Source: Myxococcota bacterium
GTDB lineage: Bacteria > Myxococcota_A > UBA796 > CAJQPC01
NCBI GenBank assembly: GCA_036229005.1
Contig: JAZAMN010000003.1
Location: 8,202-72,201, forward strand
Direction: 5' to 3'
DNA length: 64,000 bases
Part shown: piece by piece, positions 43,715 to 54,995 of the stretch
Layout of the letters: every line of letters begins with the position of its first letter
Position numbering within the stretch: position 1 is the first letter of the stretch
Made by a program: the position numbers and the translations under genes
Notes under the pieces: generated by a model
Databases searched by the model: none
What the model was told of the DNA's origin: nothing
The model's input: the letters and a program-made list of their open reading frames with translations, nothing else

Positions 43715-44809
43715 ATGTCCGGAATCCTTGTCCGTCAGTCCCTGCGCAACCTGGTCGACGAAGGCCACATCCAGGCCCTCATCCCCGTCCAGGACAAGCA
43801 GATCCAGCCCAGCTCGCTGGACCTCCGGCTGGGGGCGCGGATCTGGCAGCTTCAGTGCTCGTTCCTCCCGGGGCCCCAGGGGATCGAGCGGAAGCTGGGT
43901 CGTCTGGCCACCGCGGCCCACCGTCTCCACCGCGACGCTCCGCTCGTGCTTCATCAAGGCGGGGTCTACCTGGCCGAAGTCGAGGAAGTGCTGGAGCTGC
44001 CCGACGGCGTCTGGGGGCGGGGCAATCCCAAGTCGTCCACCGGGCGCCTGGACGTGTTCGTCCGCCTGCTGACGGAGCAGGGCTACGCCTTCGACACGGT
44101 CCCCGCTGGGTACCGCGGCAAGCTCTTCCTGGAGATCACGCCGCAGTCCTTTCACGTGGCCGTGCGCCGCGGGGACCTGCTGGGGCAGCTCCGCCTGGCC
44201 ACCGGTGACCCCCGCGTCGGTGTGGATGAGCTCAACCGCTACCAGGAGCAGTCGCCGCTGTGCATCTGGTCGGACGGCTCTCCGGCTCCCGTGGTGGACC
44301 GCCCCCCGGGGGTCCTGCTCTCGGTGGACCTGGAGGCTGCTCACGGCGGCCCTGCGGGCTACCTGGCGCGGCGCCACCAGCCCCCCGTGGACCTGGCCCG
44401 CCGAAACCTGCGGGTCTCTCGCTGGTGGACCCCGCTGCCCCCCGCCTCGGACGAGGGGCACGTGCTCGAGCCCGAGCAGTTCTACATCTTCGCCACCCGC
44501 GAGCGCCTGTGCATCCCCCCGGAGCTCTGCGCTGAGCTGGTCCCCTTCGACGCCACCAAGGGCGAGCTGCGCACCCACTACGCCGGCTTCATCGACTCCG
44601 GCTTCGGCTGGTCCCCCGAGGGCGGCCCCGGCGCCCGGCTCGTCCTGGAGATCCGCACCCACGACGTGCCCTTCCTGCTGGAGCACGGCCAGCCCTTGTT
44701 CCGCCTGGAGTTCATGCGCAACGAGGCCGTCCCGGACCGCCTCTACGGGGCCGAGGGCTCGAACTACCAGAACCAGGGCCTCAAGCTCGCCAAGCAGTTC
44801 GGGGGCTGA
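43715..44809 (+). CDS. dcd: long-form 2'-deoxycytidine 5'-triphosphate deaminase (DCD family)
   Basis: 364 aa. GILVRQSLRNLVDEGHIQALIPVQDKQIQPSSLDLRLG and a second dUTPase-like half (EQFYIFATRERLCIPPELCAELVPFD...GFIDSGFGW...LVLEIR). Confidence 0.75.
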   Translation: MSGILVRQSLRNLVDEGHIQALIPVQDKQIQPSSLDLRLGARIWQLQCSFLPGPQGIERKLGRLATAAHRLHRDAPLVLHQGGVYLAEVEEVLELPDGVWGRGNPKSSTGRLDVFVRLLTEQGYAFDTVPAGYRGKLFLEITPQSFHVAVRRGDLLGQLRLATGDPRVGVDELNRYQEQSPLCIWSDGSPAPVVDRPPGVLLSVDLEAAHGGPAGYLARRHQPPVDLARRNLRVSRWWTPLPPASDEGHVLEPEQFYIFATRERLCIPPELCAELVPFDATKGELRTHYAGFIDSGFGWSPEGGPGARLVLEIRTHDVPFLLEHGQPLFRLEFMRNEAVPDRLYGAEGSNYQNQGLKLAKQFGG

Positions 44810-44812
44810 GGG

Positions 44813-45910
44813 CTACTCCTTCCTCCCCAGCGACCCCCGCAGCAGCCGGTTCTCGACCACCTTCTTCTGCCGGTCCTTGTAGAGCCGGTGCGCGTTCGGT
44901 CCCGACTCGTTGGCCTCGGCGGTCTCCTGGTCGACGAGCTGGAACTCCACCATCACGTAGACGATGCGGCCCAACAGGTAGGTCGCCTGATCGCCCATGC
45001 GCGCGATCACGTCGTCCACGCGCACCGGGTAGTCCACGATGAAGTTGATGACCCGGTAGCCCTTGGACGAGAAGGGGTTCAGCGGCGGGGCCTCTGTGGG
45101 CTCCTTGTAGGAGAGCCGCTGCATCTGCTCGGCCATCTCCGCCAGCTTGGGCACGCTGGCGAGGGCGCCGCGCAGGTCCATCAGGTTGTTGTGGCTCTCG
45201 TCCGGGATGACGTAGTTCATCGGGAAGAGGTTGCGGTGCAGGTAGGCCAGCAGGGGCAGCAGCTCCTCTGGGCGCTCGACCACGATCCGGAAGCGGATCT
45301 TGTCGTAGAGGGTCGCGGCGATGGACTCGCGCTTGGAGAGCAGCTTCGAGATGACGCTCGTGCGGGTCTTGCGGGAGCTGTAGAAGCCCACCAGGGGGTA
45401 GCCCTCCCGGCGCATCTCATCGGCCTTCTCGATGATGCTGCGCTCGACGCGATCGATCAGCTCGACCTCGGAGATGGGCAGCCGGTGCTTGAGGTCCGCG
45501 GCCTCCATGTGGTTGATGGTGTGCATGAGCTTGAGGATCATGCAGGCCATCGACTGGTGCCGGCGGAAGCGGCCGGACACGGTGCTGGCGGCGATGAAGA
45601 TCTGCCGCACATCGTCCGGATCGCGCAGGTCATCCGGGAAGCGCAGGTCGTGGTGCTCCTCCAGGTAGTTGATCGACTGGTTGAACACAAAGCGCAGGCG
45701 CTCGCGGTCGGCCGGGTCGTCCGGGTCGATCAGGCTGACGCGCAGGAACTCGTCGACCTTGTCCAGGGTGTCCAGGTCCAGCTTGTGCCAGTCGATCACG
45801 CTGGTGCCGTCCAGGATCAGGCGGATGGCCTCCAGGTCGTGGCGCTCCAGATCCTCCACCTGGAAGGCGGCTGCGAAGCTGGTGTCGATGTGGAGGATGT
45901 CTCGGCCCAT
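44813..45910 (-). CDS. divergent RelA/SpoT-synthetase-fold (small-alarmone-synthetase-like) protein
   Basis: SRKTRTSVISKLLSK (compare GRxKxxxSxxxK), LYDKIRFRIVV (DxxGxRI), SKGYRVINFIV (GYRSLH) and VMVEFQLVDQET...HRLYK (EIQIRT...HxxYK). Start taken at ATG 45910. Confidence 0.55.
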   Translation of the reverse strand: MGRDILHIDTSFAAAFQVEDLERHDLEAIRLILDGTSVIDWHKLDLDTLDKVDEFLRVSLIDPDDPADRERLRFVFNQSINYLEEHHDLRFPDDLRDPDDVRQIFIAASTVSGRFRRHQSMACMILKLMHTINHMEAADLKHRLPISEVELIDRVERSIIEKADEMRREGYPLVGFYSSRKTRTSVISKLLSKRESIAATLYDKIRFRIVVERPEELLPLLAYLHRNLFPMNYVIPDESHNNLMDLRGALASVPKLAEMAEQMQRLSYKEPTEAPPLNPFSSKGYRVINFIVDYPVRVDDVIARMGDQATYLLGRIVYVMVEFQLVDQETAEANESGPNAHRLYKDRQKKVVENRLLRGSLGRKE

Positions 45911-46025
45911 GGCCGGGGGAATAACCCGCGACCCGGCCCGTAGGCTGTCTGCGCCCCCTGGACCCGGCGATGGACCCTGCGACAGTCCATCCAAGGTGTT
46001 ACCCCTGGCGGCCGGAGCGAGACCC

Positions 46026-46832
46026 ATGAGCGAGCTGGTCGAGAAGAGCCCCGCCGAGTCGGCGGACTACACGCCCATCAACACCGCCACCATGGCGGGC
46101 AAGGCCCAGATCCTCGGCGCCGCCCTTGGGGCCACCCTCAAGGGGATCCCCGCGCTGTTGCCGCTGGTGCTGCTGGTCGGTGGCCTGGGCCACCTGGTCA
46201 TGAGCTGGGGCGGGGCGCTGATGGTCGACATCCTCAAGCCCACCGGGCAGGGGGAGCTCTGGACCAGCGAGCTCACCAAGCAGGGCGTCGCGATCCTGTG
46301 GTTCATCCTGGCAAAGCCCCTGATCGACGCCTCCGCCATCTACGTGTGGCGCAAGGTGCGGCGCGGCCAGGACTTCTCCACCGGGCAGGTCCTGAACTGG
46401 GCCATCGGGCGCTACAAGCGCATGCTCAAGCCCCACGCCGCCAAGTTCCTGACGGTCTCCTTGGGCCTGATCATCGTCGTCCCGGGCGTGCTCTTTGGCC
46501 TGCAGTACGCGTTCGTCCACGCGATCGCCGCGACCGAGGAAGACCCCAAGAGCGTGCTCTCCAAGAGCCAGCGCTTCACCCAGGGCCGCCGCGGGCGCAT
46601 CGCCGCCGTCTGGGTGCCCTATGCCCTGCTGTGGTACCCGGCCTACTCCGTCATCGCGACCTACCAGGTGGAAGCCTGGGGCTGGTACGCCGTCGCCGGC
46701 TTCGGCGCCCTGGACATGCTCTTCCTGACCATCATGACCATGGTGCTCTACGGCATGTACGAGGAGCGCGTCCATGACGCCCGCATCGCCAAGGCCCGCC
46801 GCGACGCCAAGAAGTCTGACGCCGAGGCCTGA
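46026..46832 (+). CDS. hypothetical polytopic membrane protein
   Basis: MSELVEKSPAESADY... followed by about 6 hydrophobic segments and a basic tail ARIAKARRDAKKSDAEA. The ORF-track start at 45669 overlaps the divergent gene and looks spurious. Confidence 0.55.
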   Translation: MSELVEKSPAESADYTPINTATMAGKAQILGAALGATLKGIPALLPLVLLVGGLGHLVMSWGGALMVDILKPTGQGELWTSELTKQGVAILWFILAKPLIDASAIYVWRKVRRGQDFSTGQVLNWAIGRYKRMLKPHAAKFLTVSLGLIIVVPGVLFGLQYAFVHAIAATEEDPKSVLSKSQRFTQGRRGRIAAVWVPYALLWYPAYSVIATYQVEAWGWYAVAGFGALDMLFLTIMTMVLYGMYEERVHDARIAKARRDAKKSDAEA

Positions 46833-46867
46833 GCCTCACGCGCCGAGCGCGCACAAAGGAGCTGCCC

Positions 46868-49800
46868 GTGCCTGAGACCTGGACCGGGCTGCCCCAGGGC
46901 GCCACCGCGTTCGCCATCGCCCAGCTCCTGCGCAACGAGCCGCAGCAGGCCTGGGTGGTCGCCCCCGACGTGGCCGAGGCCGAGCGCCTGGCCGCCGAGC
47001 TGGCGTGGCATGGCTGCAAGGTGGCCTACTACCCGCCCAACGACACGCGCCCCTATGAGGGGCTGAACCCGCACCCCGAGCTACCTCGGGAGCGGATCCT
47101 GGCCTTGCACAAGCTGGCGCGCGCCCAGGTGCAGGTGGTGGTGAGCCCAGCCCGCGCGCTTGCCCTCAAGACCCTCTCTCCCCAGACCCTTGCCGGAGGC
47201 GGGGAGCTGCGGGTCGGTCAGCAGATCGAGCCCGCCGATCTGGCCGCCCGCCTGGAGGCCCTGGGCTACCTTCCGGTCAAGCGGGTCGAGGACCCCGGGA
47301 ACCTCCACCACCGCGGCGGAGAGACCCTGGACTGCTGGCCTCCCGGGCTCTCGGAGCCCGTGCGCATCGAGTGGTTCGATGACGAGATCGAGCGCATCAA
47401 CACGCTGGACCTCGACACTCTGCACTCCAAGGAGCCCCTGGACACCTTGGAGCTGCTGCCCGCACGCGAGGAGGTGCTGGGAGAGGACGCCCTGTCCCGC
47501 GCTCGGCGCCTGCTCCGCGAGCGCTGCGAGGCCCTGGGCTACGGCGAGGCCCTGCGCCGGGAGGTCCTGGAGGACGCCCGCTCCGGCCTGCGCTTCTCGG
47601 GCATGGACGCCTGGCTGCCCGCCTTCCAGGAGCTCGTGCCCCCCCAGAGCCACGCGGAGCTGCGCTGGATCGTCCTGGACCACCAGGCCTGCGTGGACAG
47701 CGTCGAGCAGCAGTGGGCCAACCTGGAGAGCGCCTACGCCGGCATGAAGCGCGCCGAGCGCCCCCTGGTGACCCCGCAGGAGCGCTACCAGGGCCCCCAG
47801 GACATCGAGGACCTGTTCCAGGACGCCCTCCGCATCGAGGCCCTGGCCTTTGACGGCGCCAGGCAGCGCGGCTTCTCCGCGAACCAGGATCTGCGGGTCA
47901 GCGGGGGCGAGCTCGCGCCTATCGTGGGGCGCCTGAGCCAGTGGCTGGATGAAGGCTGGCGGGTGGCTCTGGTGGCCGACTCCAGCTCGCGCGCGGAGCG
48001 GATGCGGCAGCTCTTCACGCCCCACGGCCTGAGCCCCGAGCCCTCCCGGCAGCACGACCCCGAGCAGTGGGCGCCCGGCAAGCTGCTGCTCTTGCGCGGC
48101 GACCTGCCCCGCGGCTTCCGGAGCGAGACCCAGCAGCTCGCCCTGATCACGGCGGATGAGGTCTTCGGCGCCAAGCACCGGGTGCGTCATGGGGCCGCCC
48201 GTCGCCGGCGAATGGGGCGGGACAACGCCCAGATCGAGTCCTTCGGCCAGCTCTCCCACGGCGACCTGGTCGTCCACGAGCGCCACGGCATCGGCCGCTA
48301 CCTGGGCCTGGACACCCTGGACCTGGGCAGCGGGCCCCAGGACATGGTGCAGCTCGAATACCGCGGCGGCGCGACCATGTACCTGCCGGTGTTCCGGCTC
48401 AACCAGCTCTACAGCTACCGCCACACCGGCGAGGGCGAGGTCAAGCTCGACAAGCTGGGCGGCGAGACCTGGATCAAGCGCAAGGCCAAGGTCAAGGCCG
48501 AGGTCATCAAGCTGGCCCACGAGCTGCTGGAGCTGCAGGCCCGGCGCGAGGTCCACGGAGGCCACGCCTACTCGGGCTTCTCCAGCCGCTTCCGGGCCTT
48601 CGAGGAGGCCTTCCCCTACACCGAGACACCCGACCAGCAGGCCGCCATCGACGAGGTGCTGGAGGACCTGTCCATGGAGCGCCCCATGGACCGCCTGGTC
48701 GTCGGGGACGCCGGCTTCGGCAAGACAGAGGTCGCCATGCGCGCGGCCTTCCGGGTCATCGAGGAGGGGCGTCAGGTGGCGCTGCTCTGCCCGACCACCG
48801 TGCTGGCTTTCCAGCACAGCCGCACCCTCCAGGAGCGCATGGGCCCCTTCGGCGTCAAGGTCGGCCTGCTCTCCCGCTTCGGCGACGCGGCCCAGGCCCG
48901 CGCCCTCAAGGCCGGGCTCAAGAGCGGCGAGATCGACGTCGTGGTCGGGACCACCTCCATCCTGGGTCGCGGGGTGCGCTTCCAGGACCTGGGGCTGGTC
49001 ATCGTGGACGAGGAGCACCGCTTCGGCGTCCGCCAGAAGGAGAAGCTCAAGAAGCTGCGCGCCGAGGTGGACTACCTGGCCCTCTCGGCCACCCCCATCC
49101 CGCGCACCCTGCACATGGCCATGAGCGGGATCCGCGGCTTCTCCATCATCTCCACGCCGCCCCGCGACCGCCTCCCGGTGCGCACCCTGCTGGGCCGCTT
49201 CGGGCCGGGCCGCATCCGCGAGGAGATCCTGCGGGAGCTGCGCCGCGGTGGGCAGGTGTTCTTTGTCCACAACCGCATCCAGTCCATCCAGTCGGTGGCC
49301 CGGACCATCCGAGAGGCCGTGCCCGAGGCCAAGCTCGCCATCGCCCACGGGCAGCTCCCTGACGCCGAGCTGGAGACCGTGCTGGTGGACTTCGTGGAGC
49401 GCCGCGCGGACGTGCTGCTCTGCACCGCGATCATCGAGTCGGGCATCGACATGCCCAACGTGAACACCATCGTGGTCAACCAGGCCGACCGCTTCGGGCT
49501 GGCCGCGCTCTACCAGCTCCGCGGGCGCGTCGGCCGCTCCCACCGCCGCGGCTACTGCACCCTGCTGGTGGACGAAGGCAAGCGCCTGACCCGCGAGGCC
49601 CAGGAGCGCCTGCGCATCATCCAGGAGAACACCCGCCTGGGCAGCGGCTTCTCGGTGGCCAGCGCGGATCTCGAGCTGCGCGGGGCCGGGAACCTCCTCG
49701 GGGACCGCCAGCACGGCCAGATCGCCGCGGTGGGCTTCGAGACCTACATGCAGCTCCTGGAGGAGGCGATGGATGAGGCCGCCGGCGTGGCAGAACGCGC

Positions 49801-50251
49801 CCGGATCGAGCCCGACATCAACATCCCGAGGCCTGCGTTCATCCCCGAGGACTACCTGCCCGGGGTCGCCGAGCGCCTGCGGCTGTACAAGCGCCTCAGC
49901 TCGGGGCGCGACGTCGCCGAGGTGCGCGACGCCATGGACTGGACCGAGCAGGAGTACGGCGAGCTCCCCCAGCCCCTGCTCAACCTGGGGCGCCTGCTGG
50001 AGATCCAGGCCCGCTGCCGCCAGCTCGGCATCCTCAAGGTGGCCTGGCTCCAGGTGCGGGCCGTGCTCGTGCTGCACGAGTCCCACACGCTGGACACGGA
50101 TCGCCTGTCCTCGCTGATGCAGACGATGCCCAAGCGGGTGCGGCGGAAGGGCCCAGAGACCCTGGAGGTGAGCTTCACACCCCAGGAGGCCAACCAGCCC
50201 TACCTCTTCCTGCATTGGGCGCTGGATCTGCTGGAGGGCAGGGGCGCCTGA
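46868..50251 (+). CDS. mfd: transcription-repair coupling factor Mfd
   Basis: 1127 aa. CarD-like segment GDLVVHERHGIGRYLG; helicase motifs GDAGFGKTEVAMRAAF, DEEHRFGV, LSATPIPRTL and QLRGRVGRS; TRCF C-terminal domain. Confidence 0.95.
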   Translation: MPETWTGLPQGATAFAIAQLLRNEPQQAWVVAPDVAEAERLAAELAWHGCKVAYYPPNDTRPYEGLNPHPELPRERILALHKLARAQVQVVVSPARALALKTLSPQTLAGGGELRVGQQIEPADLAARLEALGYLPVKRVEDPGNLHHRGGETLDCWPPGLSEPVRIEWFDDEIERINTLDLDTLHSKEPLDTLELLPAREEVLGEDALSRARRLLRERCEALGYGEALRREVLEDARSGLRFSGMDAWLPAFQELVPPQSHAELRWIVLDHQACVDSVEQQWANLESAYAGMKRAERPLVTPQERYQGPQDIEDLFQDALRIEALAFDGARQRGFSANQDLRVSGGELAPIVGRLSQWLDEGWRVALVADSSSRAERMRQLFTPHGLSPEPSRQHDPEQWAPGKLLLLRGDLPRGFRSETQQLALITADEVFGAKHRVRHGAARRRRMGRDNAQIESFGQLSHGDLVVHERHGIGRYLGLDTLDLGSGPQDMVQLEYRGGATMYLPVFRLNQLYSYRHTGEGEVKLDKLGGETWIKRKAKVKAEVIKLAHELLELQARREVHGGHAYSGFSSRFRAFEEAFPYTETPDQQAAIDEVLEDLSMERPMDRLVVGDAGFGKTEVAMRAAFRVIEEGRQVALLCPTTVLAFQHSRTLQERMGPFGVKVGLLSRFGDAAQARALKAGLKSGEIDVVVGTTSILGRGVRFQDLGLVIVDEEHRFGVRQKEKLKKLRAEVDYLALSATPIPRTLHMAMSGIRGFSIISTPPRDRLPVRTLLGRFGPGRIREEILRELRRGGQVFFVHNRIQSIQSVARTIREAVPEAKLAIAHGQLPDAELETVLVDFVERRADVLLCTAIIESGIDMPNVNTIVVNQADRFGLAALYQLRGRVGRSHRRGYCTLLVDEGKRLTREAQERLRIIQENTRLGSGFSVASADLELRGAGNLLGDRQHGQIAAVGFETYMQLLEEAMDEAAGVAERARIEPDINIPRPAFIPEDYLPGVAERLRLYKRLSSGRDVAEVRDAMDWTEQEYGELPQPLLNLGRLLEIQARCRQLGILKVAWLQVRAVLVLHESHTLDTDRLSSLMQTMPKRVRRKGPETLEVSFTPQEANQPYLFLHWALDLLEGRGA

Positions 50252-50281
50252 GGGCGCTAAGCTCCAGGGAGGAGGGAGAGA

Positions 50282-51409
50282 ATGCTGCTGCTTTTGCTGG
50301 CTTGTGGGCCCACCACTCCGGACTCCGCGGCCCCGGACACAGGCTCGGGACTGCCTCCCATCGACGAGGTCACCTCGGCGCGTCTCCAGGCAGCCTTGGA
50401 GCAGGTCCACGCGGAGCTCGGGGTCCCGGGCATCACCGCTGCCTACCACCAGGAGGGCCACCAGGTCTGGACCGGGTCGGTCGGCATCGTCGACTGGGAC
50501 ACGCAGGCCGCGATCGCACCGCAGCAGCCGCTCAAGGCCGGCAGCATCACCAAGACCGTGACCGCGGCGGCCACTCTGCAGCTCGTCGAGGCCGGGGATC
50601 TGGGCCTGGACGACGGGGTGGGGGAGTACGTGCCCTCCTTGGCGCAGCACGAGGGCTTGCAGGTCCGACACCTGCTCAACCACAGCTCGGGGCTGGAGGA
50701 GTACCCCGCGCTGATCGAGGCCTCCGAGCTCTCCGAGCCTTGGACCGAGGAGGCGCTCCTGGCCCTGATCGCCGAGCAGGAGCTGCGCTTCCCGCCCGGC
50801 TCGCAGCACGTCTACACCAACGCCAACTACCTGGTGCTGGGGCTCGTTCTGGAGGCCGTCACCGGCGAGGACTGGCAGACCACGACGGGCGCGCTGCTCC
50901 AGGAGCACGCGGGCGCGCAGGCCAGAATCCCGGACCCGGCGGGGGGCTGGGGCGAGATCGGCGCGGGCTACATGCTGGGTGTTCCCGGGGAGCCCATCGC
51001 GGTCGACGGGGAGATCGACTTCAAGGACTACCTGCACAACTCCGTGCTGGGGGCCGCTGGGAACATGAGCTCGGATGCGGAGGGGCTGGCGCTCTGGAGC
51101 TCCGCGCTCTGGGGCAGCGACGCGGTGCTCTCGGAGGACACCCTGGCGCTGCAGGTCAGCGAGTCCATGGAGCTCGGCGGCGATACGGCCTACGGCCTGG
51201 GCGTGGTGGTCTCCCAGGACGCCTACGGCCCGCTGCGCTGGCACAACGGCGCGGTCAATGGCTACGTGGCCTGGGCCGGGCACCGCCCCGAGCGGGGTGA
51301 GAGCGTGGCGGTGCTGGGCAACTGCTGGAAGCAGACCATGGCGGGCTGGGACTACACCTGGAGCACCCAGGTCGCCGACGCGCTCTGGGAGGCGGCCTAC
51401 GCGGACTGA
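50282..51409 (+). CDS. serine hydrolase (class C beta-lactamase/DD-peptidase family) lipoprotein
   Basis: Strong RBS GGAGGAGGGAGAGA. MLLLLLAC lipobox with Cys at residue 8. SxxK motif GSITKTV and YxN motif YTNANY. Confidence 0.8.
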   Translation: MLLLLLACGPTTPDSAAPDTGSGLPPIDEVTSARLQAALEQVHAELGVPGITAAYHQEGHQVWTGSVGIVDWDTQAAIAPQQPLKAGSITKTVTAAATLQLVEAGDLGLDDGVGEYVPSLAQHEGLQVRHLLNHSSGLEEYPALIEASELSEPWTEEALLALIAEQELRFPPGSQHVYTNANYLVLGLVLEAVTGEDWQTTTGALLQEHAGAQARIPDPAGGWGEIGAGYMLGVPGEPIAVDGEIDFKDYLHNSVLGAAGNMSSDAEGLALWSSALWGSDAVLSEDTLALQVSESMELGGDTAYGLGVVVSQDAYGPLRWHNGAVNGYVAWAGHRPERGESVAVLGNCWKQTMAGWDYTWSTQVADALWEAAYAD

Positions 51410-52074
51410 GTCGCGCTTGCTGGGAGCGCTTGGGAGCGGGCGCCTCGCCGCCGCCAAGCCAGGAGGCCCAGGACGCCGAGCAGGCCAAAGAGGCCCCCCG
51501 CGCTCGGGGTGGAGCTGCACCCGCAGCCCTTGGACTCGGCCTCGGCGGTCTCTGCGGCGGGCAGGGCCTCCAACTCAGGCTGGGGGGGCGCGGGCGGCTC
51601 GCGCAGGATCTGCAGGTTGTCCTTGTCCACCTGCTGCAGCCGGCCGTCGGTGTAGGTGGGCTGGGGGCTGTACCAGCCCATCTGGGCGAACACGACCTCG
51701 TGCTGGGCGCTCGCGCTCTTGCGGCCGCGGTGGGCCTTGATGCCGTCCATCAGCAGGCGGCGGTCGGCGGCCTGGTAGGCGCGGGACTCGGCGCCCCCGA
51801 TGGCGCTGTCCAGGCGCTGGAGGCGCCAGACGGTGAGGCCCCGGGTCAGGGTGTTGTTCTCGGGGTCGATCTCGATGGCCTGCAGCAGCGGGTCCAGGGC
51901 GGCGTCGGACGCGGCGACGCAGTCGTAGGCCTCCTTGATGCCTTGTCGGGCCTTGAGGGTGTCCAGGTGGTGCTCCACCGGGCCGCAGGCGCTCAGATCC
52001 GTGGCGGGCAGGTCCGTGGGGGGGAGGTCGGCCGGGGTCTGGGCGAGGGCGAGGGCGCCAAGGAGCAGGGTCAT
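51397..52074 (-). CDS. hypothetical secreted protein with a MYXO-CTERM-type tail
   Basis: ATGA overlap with the glpK stop. Signal [14 protein letters not shown]. The C-terminus reads [35 protein letters not shown]... Confidence 0.55.
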   Translation of the reverse strand: MTLLLGALALAQTPADLPPTDLPATDLSACGPVEHHLDTLKARQGIKEAYDCVAASDAALDPLLQAIEIDPENNTLTRGLTVWRLQRLDSAIGGAESRAYQAADRRLLMDGIKAHRGRKSASAQHEVVFAQMGWYSPQPTYTDGRLQQVDKDNLQILREPPAPPQPELEALPAAETAEAESKGCGCSSTPSAGGLFGLLGVLGLLAWRRRGARSQALPASATQSA

Positions 52075-53546
52075 GCCTTCTCCACCGCCACGCGCCAGCT
52101 CTCGAGCAGAGCGTCGCGCTTCTGGGCGGTCATGGTGGGGGTGAAGTCGCGGTCCTTGCGCCAGCTCCGGGCCAGGTCCTGCTGGTCCTTCCAGAGGCCC
52201 ACGGCGAGGCCGGCCAGGAAGGCGCTGCCCAGCGCGGTGGTCTCGAGCTGCTGGGGGCGCACGCAGCGGGTGCGGAGCAGGTCGGCCTGGAGCTGCATGA
52301 GCAGGTCGTTCCGGGCGGCGCCGCCGTCCATTCGGAGCTCGGCGAGGGGGGCGCCCAGGTCCTGGCTCATCGCGCGGAGGATGTCGGCGATCTGCAGGGC
52401 CACGCCCTCCAGCGCGGCGCGGGCCAGGTGGGCTTTGGTGGTGCCGCCGGTGATGCCGGTGATGGCGCCGCGGGCCTCGGGTCGCCAGTGGGGGGCGCCC
52501 AGGCCGGAGAGCGCCGGGACGAACACCACGCCACCGGAGTTGGGGACGGAGCGGGCCAGCGCCTCGATCTCGGAGGCGGTGGAGATGATGCCCAGGCCGT
52601 CGCGCAGCCACTGGACCGCGGCGCCCGCGATGAAGGCGCTGCCCTCGATGGCGTACTGGGGCTTCCCGCCCACCCGCCAGGCGACGGTGGTGAGCATGCC
52701 AGCGCTGCTCTGGGTGGGGGTGTCGCCGGTGTTCATCAGCACGAACGCGCCGGTTCCATAGGTGCACTTGGCCATGCCGGGGGAGAAGCAGGCCTGGCCG
52801 AACAGCGCGCCCTGCTGGTCACCGATCAGGCCGGCGACCGGGATCCCATCGGGCAGGAAGGGCACGCCCTTGGTGCTCCCGTAGATCTCCGAGGAGTCCC
52901 GGATCTCCGGCAGGCAGGCCTGGGGGATGCCCAGGATGGCGAGCAGCTCGGGGTCCCACTGCAGGGTGTCCAGGCGCATCAGCAGGGTGCGGCTGGCGTT
53001 GCTGGGATCGGTGACGTGCACCCCCGTCAGGCGGTGGGTGAGCCAGGAGTCGATGGTGCCGAACGCGGCCTTGCCGGAGGCGGCGGCGCTGCGCAGTCCG
53101 GGGACCTGGTCGAGCAGCCAGGCGGCCTTTGTGCCCGAGAAGTAGGGATCCAGGACCAGGCCGGTGCGCTCGCGGAACAGGGGTTCGTGGCCGGCTTCCT
53201 TGAGCTGCTTGCAGCGGTCCGCGGTGCGGCGGTCCTGCCAGACCAGGGCCCGGTGGTAGGCGGTGCCGGTGGCCCGGTCCCAGAACAGCGAGGTCTCCCG
53301 CTGGTTGGTGATGCCGATGGCGGCGATGCGCTCCGGGGAGATCTCCGCCTTGGCCAGGGCGCCCTGCACGGCGGCCCCCACGGACTCCCAGATCTCCTCG
53401 ACGTCGTGCTCGACGTAGCCGGGCTGGGGGTAGTGGTTGGGGAACTCGACGTTGTGGGTGGCCAGCACCCGCATGTCCTGGGACAGCAGCAGCGCGGTGC
53501 TGCCGGTGGTCCCCTGATCGATGGCCAGGACCAGATCTCGCGCCAT
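52071..53546 (-). CDS. glpK: glycerol kinase
   Basis: [20 protein letters not shown]..., [13 protein letters not shown] and [13 protein letters not shown] are FGGY-kinase/GlpK signatures. 491 aa from ATG 53546. Confidence 0.95.
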   Translation of the reverse strand: MARDLVLAIDQGTTGSTALLLSQDMRVLATHNVEFPNHYPQPGYVEHDVEEIWESVGAAVQGALAKAEISPERIAAIGITNQRETSLFWDRATGTAYHRALVWQDRRTADRCKQLKEAGHEPLFRERTGLVLDPYFSGTKAAWLLDQVPGLRSAAASGKAAFGTIDSWLTHRLTGVHVTDPSNASRTLLMRLDTLQWDPELLAILGIPQACLPEIRDSSEIYGSTKGVPFLPDGIPVAGLIGDQQGALFGQACFSPGMAKCTYGTGAFVLMNTGDTPTQSSAGMLTTVAWRVGGKPQYAIEGSAFIAGAAVQWLRDGLGIISTASEIEALARSVPNSGGVVFVPALSGLGAPHWRPEARGAITGITGGTTKAHLARAALEGVALQIADILRAMSQDLGAPLAELRMDGGAARNDLLMQLQADLLRTRCVRPQQLETTALGSAFLAGLAVGLWKDQQDLARSWRKDRDFTPTMTAQKRDALLESWRVAVEKA

Positions 53547-53654
53547 GGCGCCTCCTTGGATGCGGGATGTTCCCGCCCACAGCAAGGGTGTGTCAAACCC
53601 GTGGGCGCTGCGCTACGTGGTGCATACAGTTGTCGACCACTTCAAGGGGTGCCC

Positions 53655-54968
<1,314 letters not shown>

Positions 54969-54995
54969 CCCACCCCTCGCTCCCCTGAACCCGCG

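Noticed and set aside
43715-44809. dCTP deaminase as an anti-phage nucleotide-depletion gene
   Set aside because: It is the long tandem-barrel DCD-family form with no added kinase or sensor domain. It sits among housekeeping genes, so it is most simply the cell's own dCTP deaminase.
47081-51520. 1479-aa ORF on the minus strand
   Set aside because: It is antisense to mfd and the serine-hydrolase gene, both of which have unmistakable conserved motifs. Its translation is Arg/Gly/Pro/His/Leu-rich low-complexity sequence, typical of stop-free shadow frames in GC-rich DNA.
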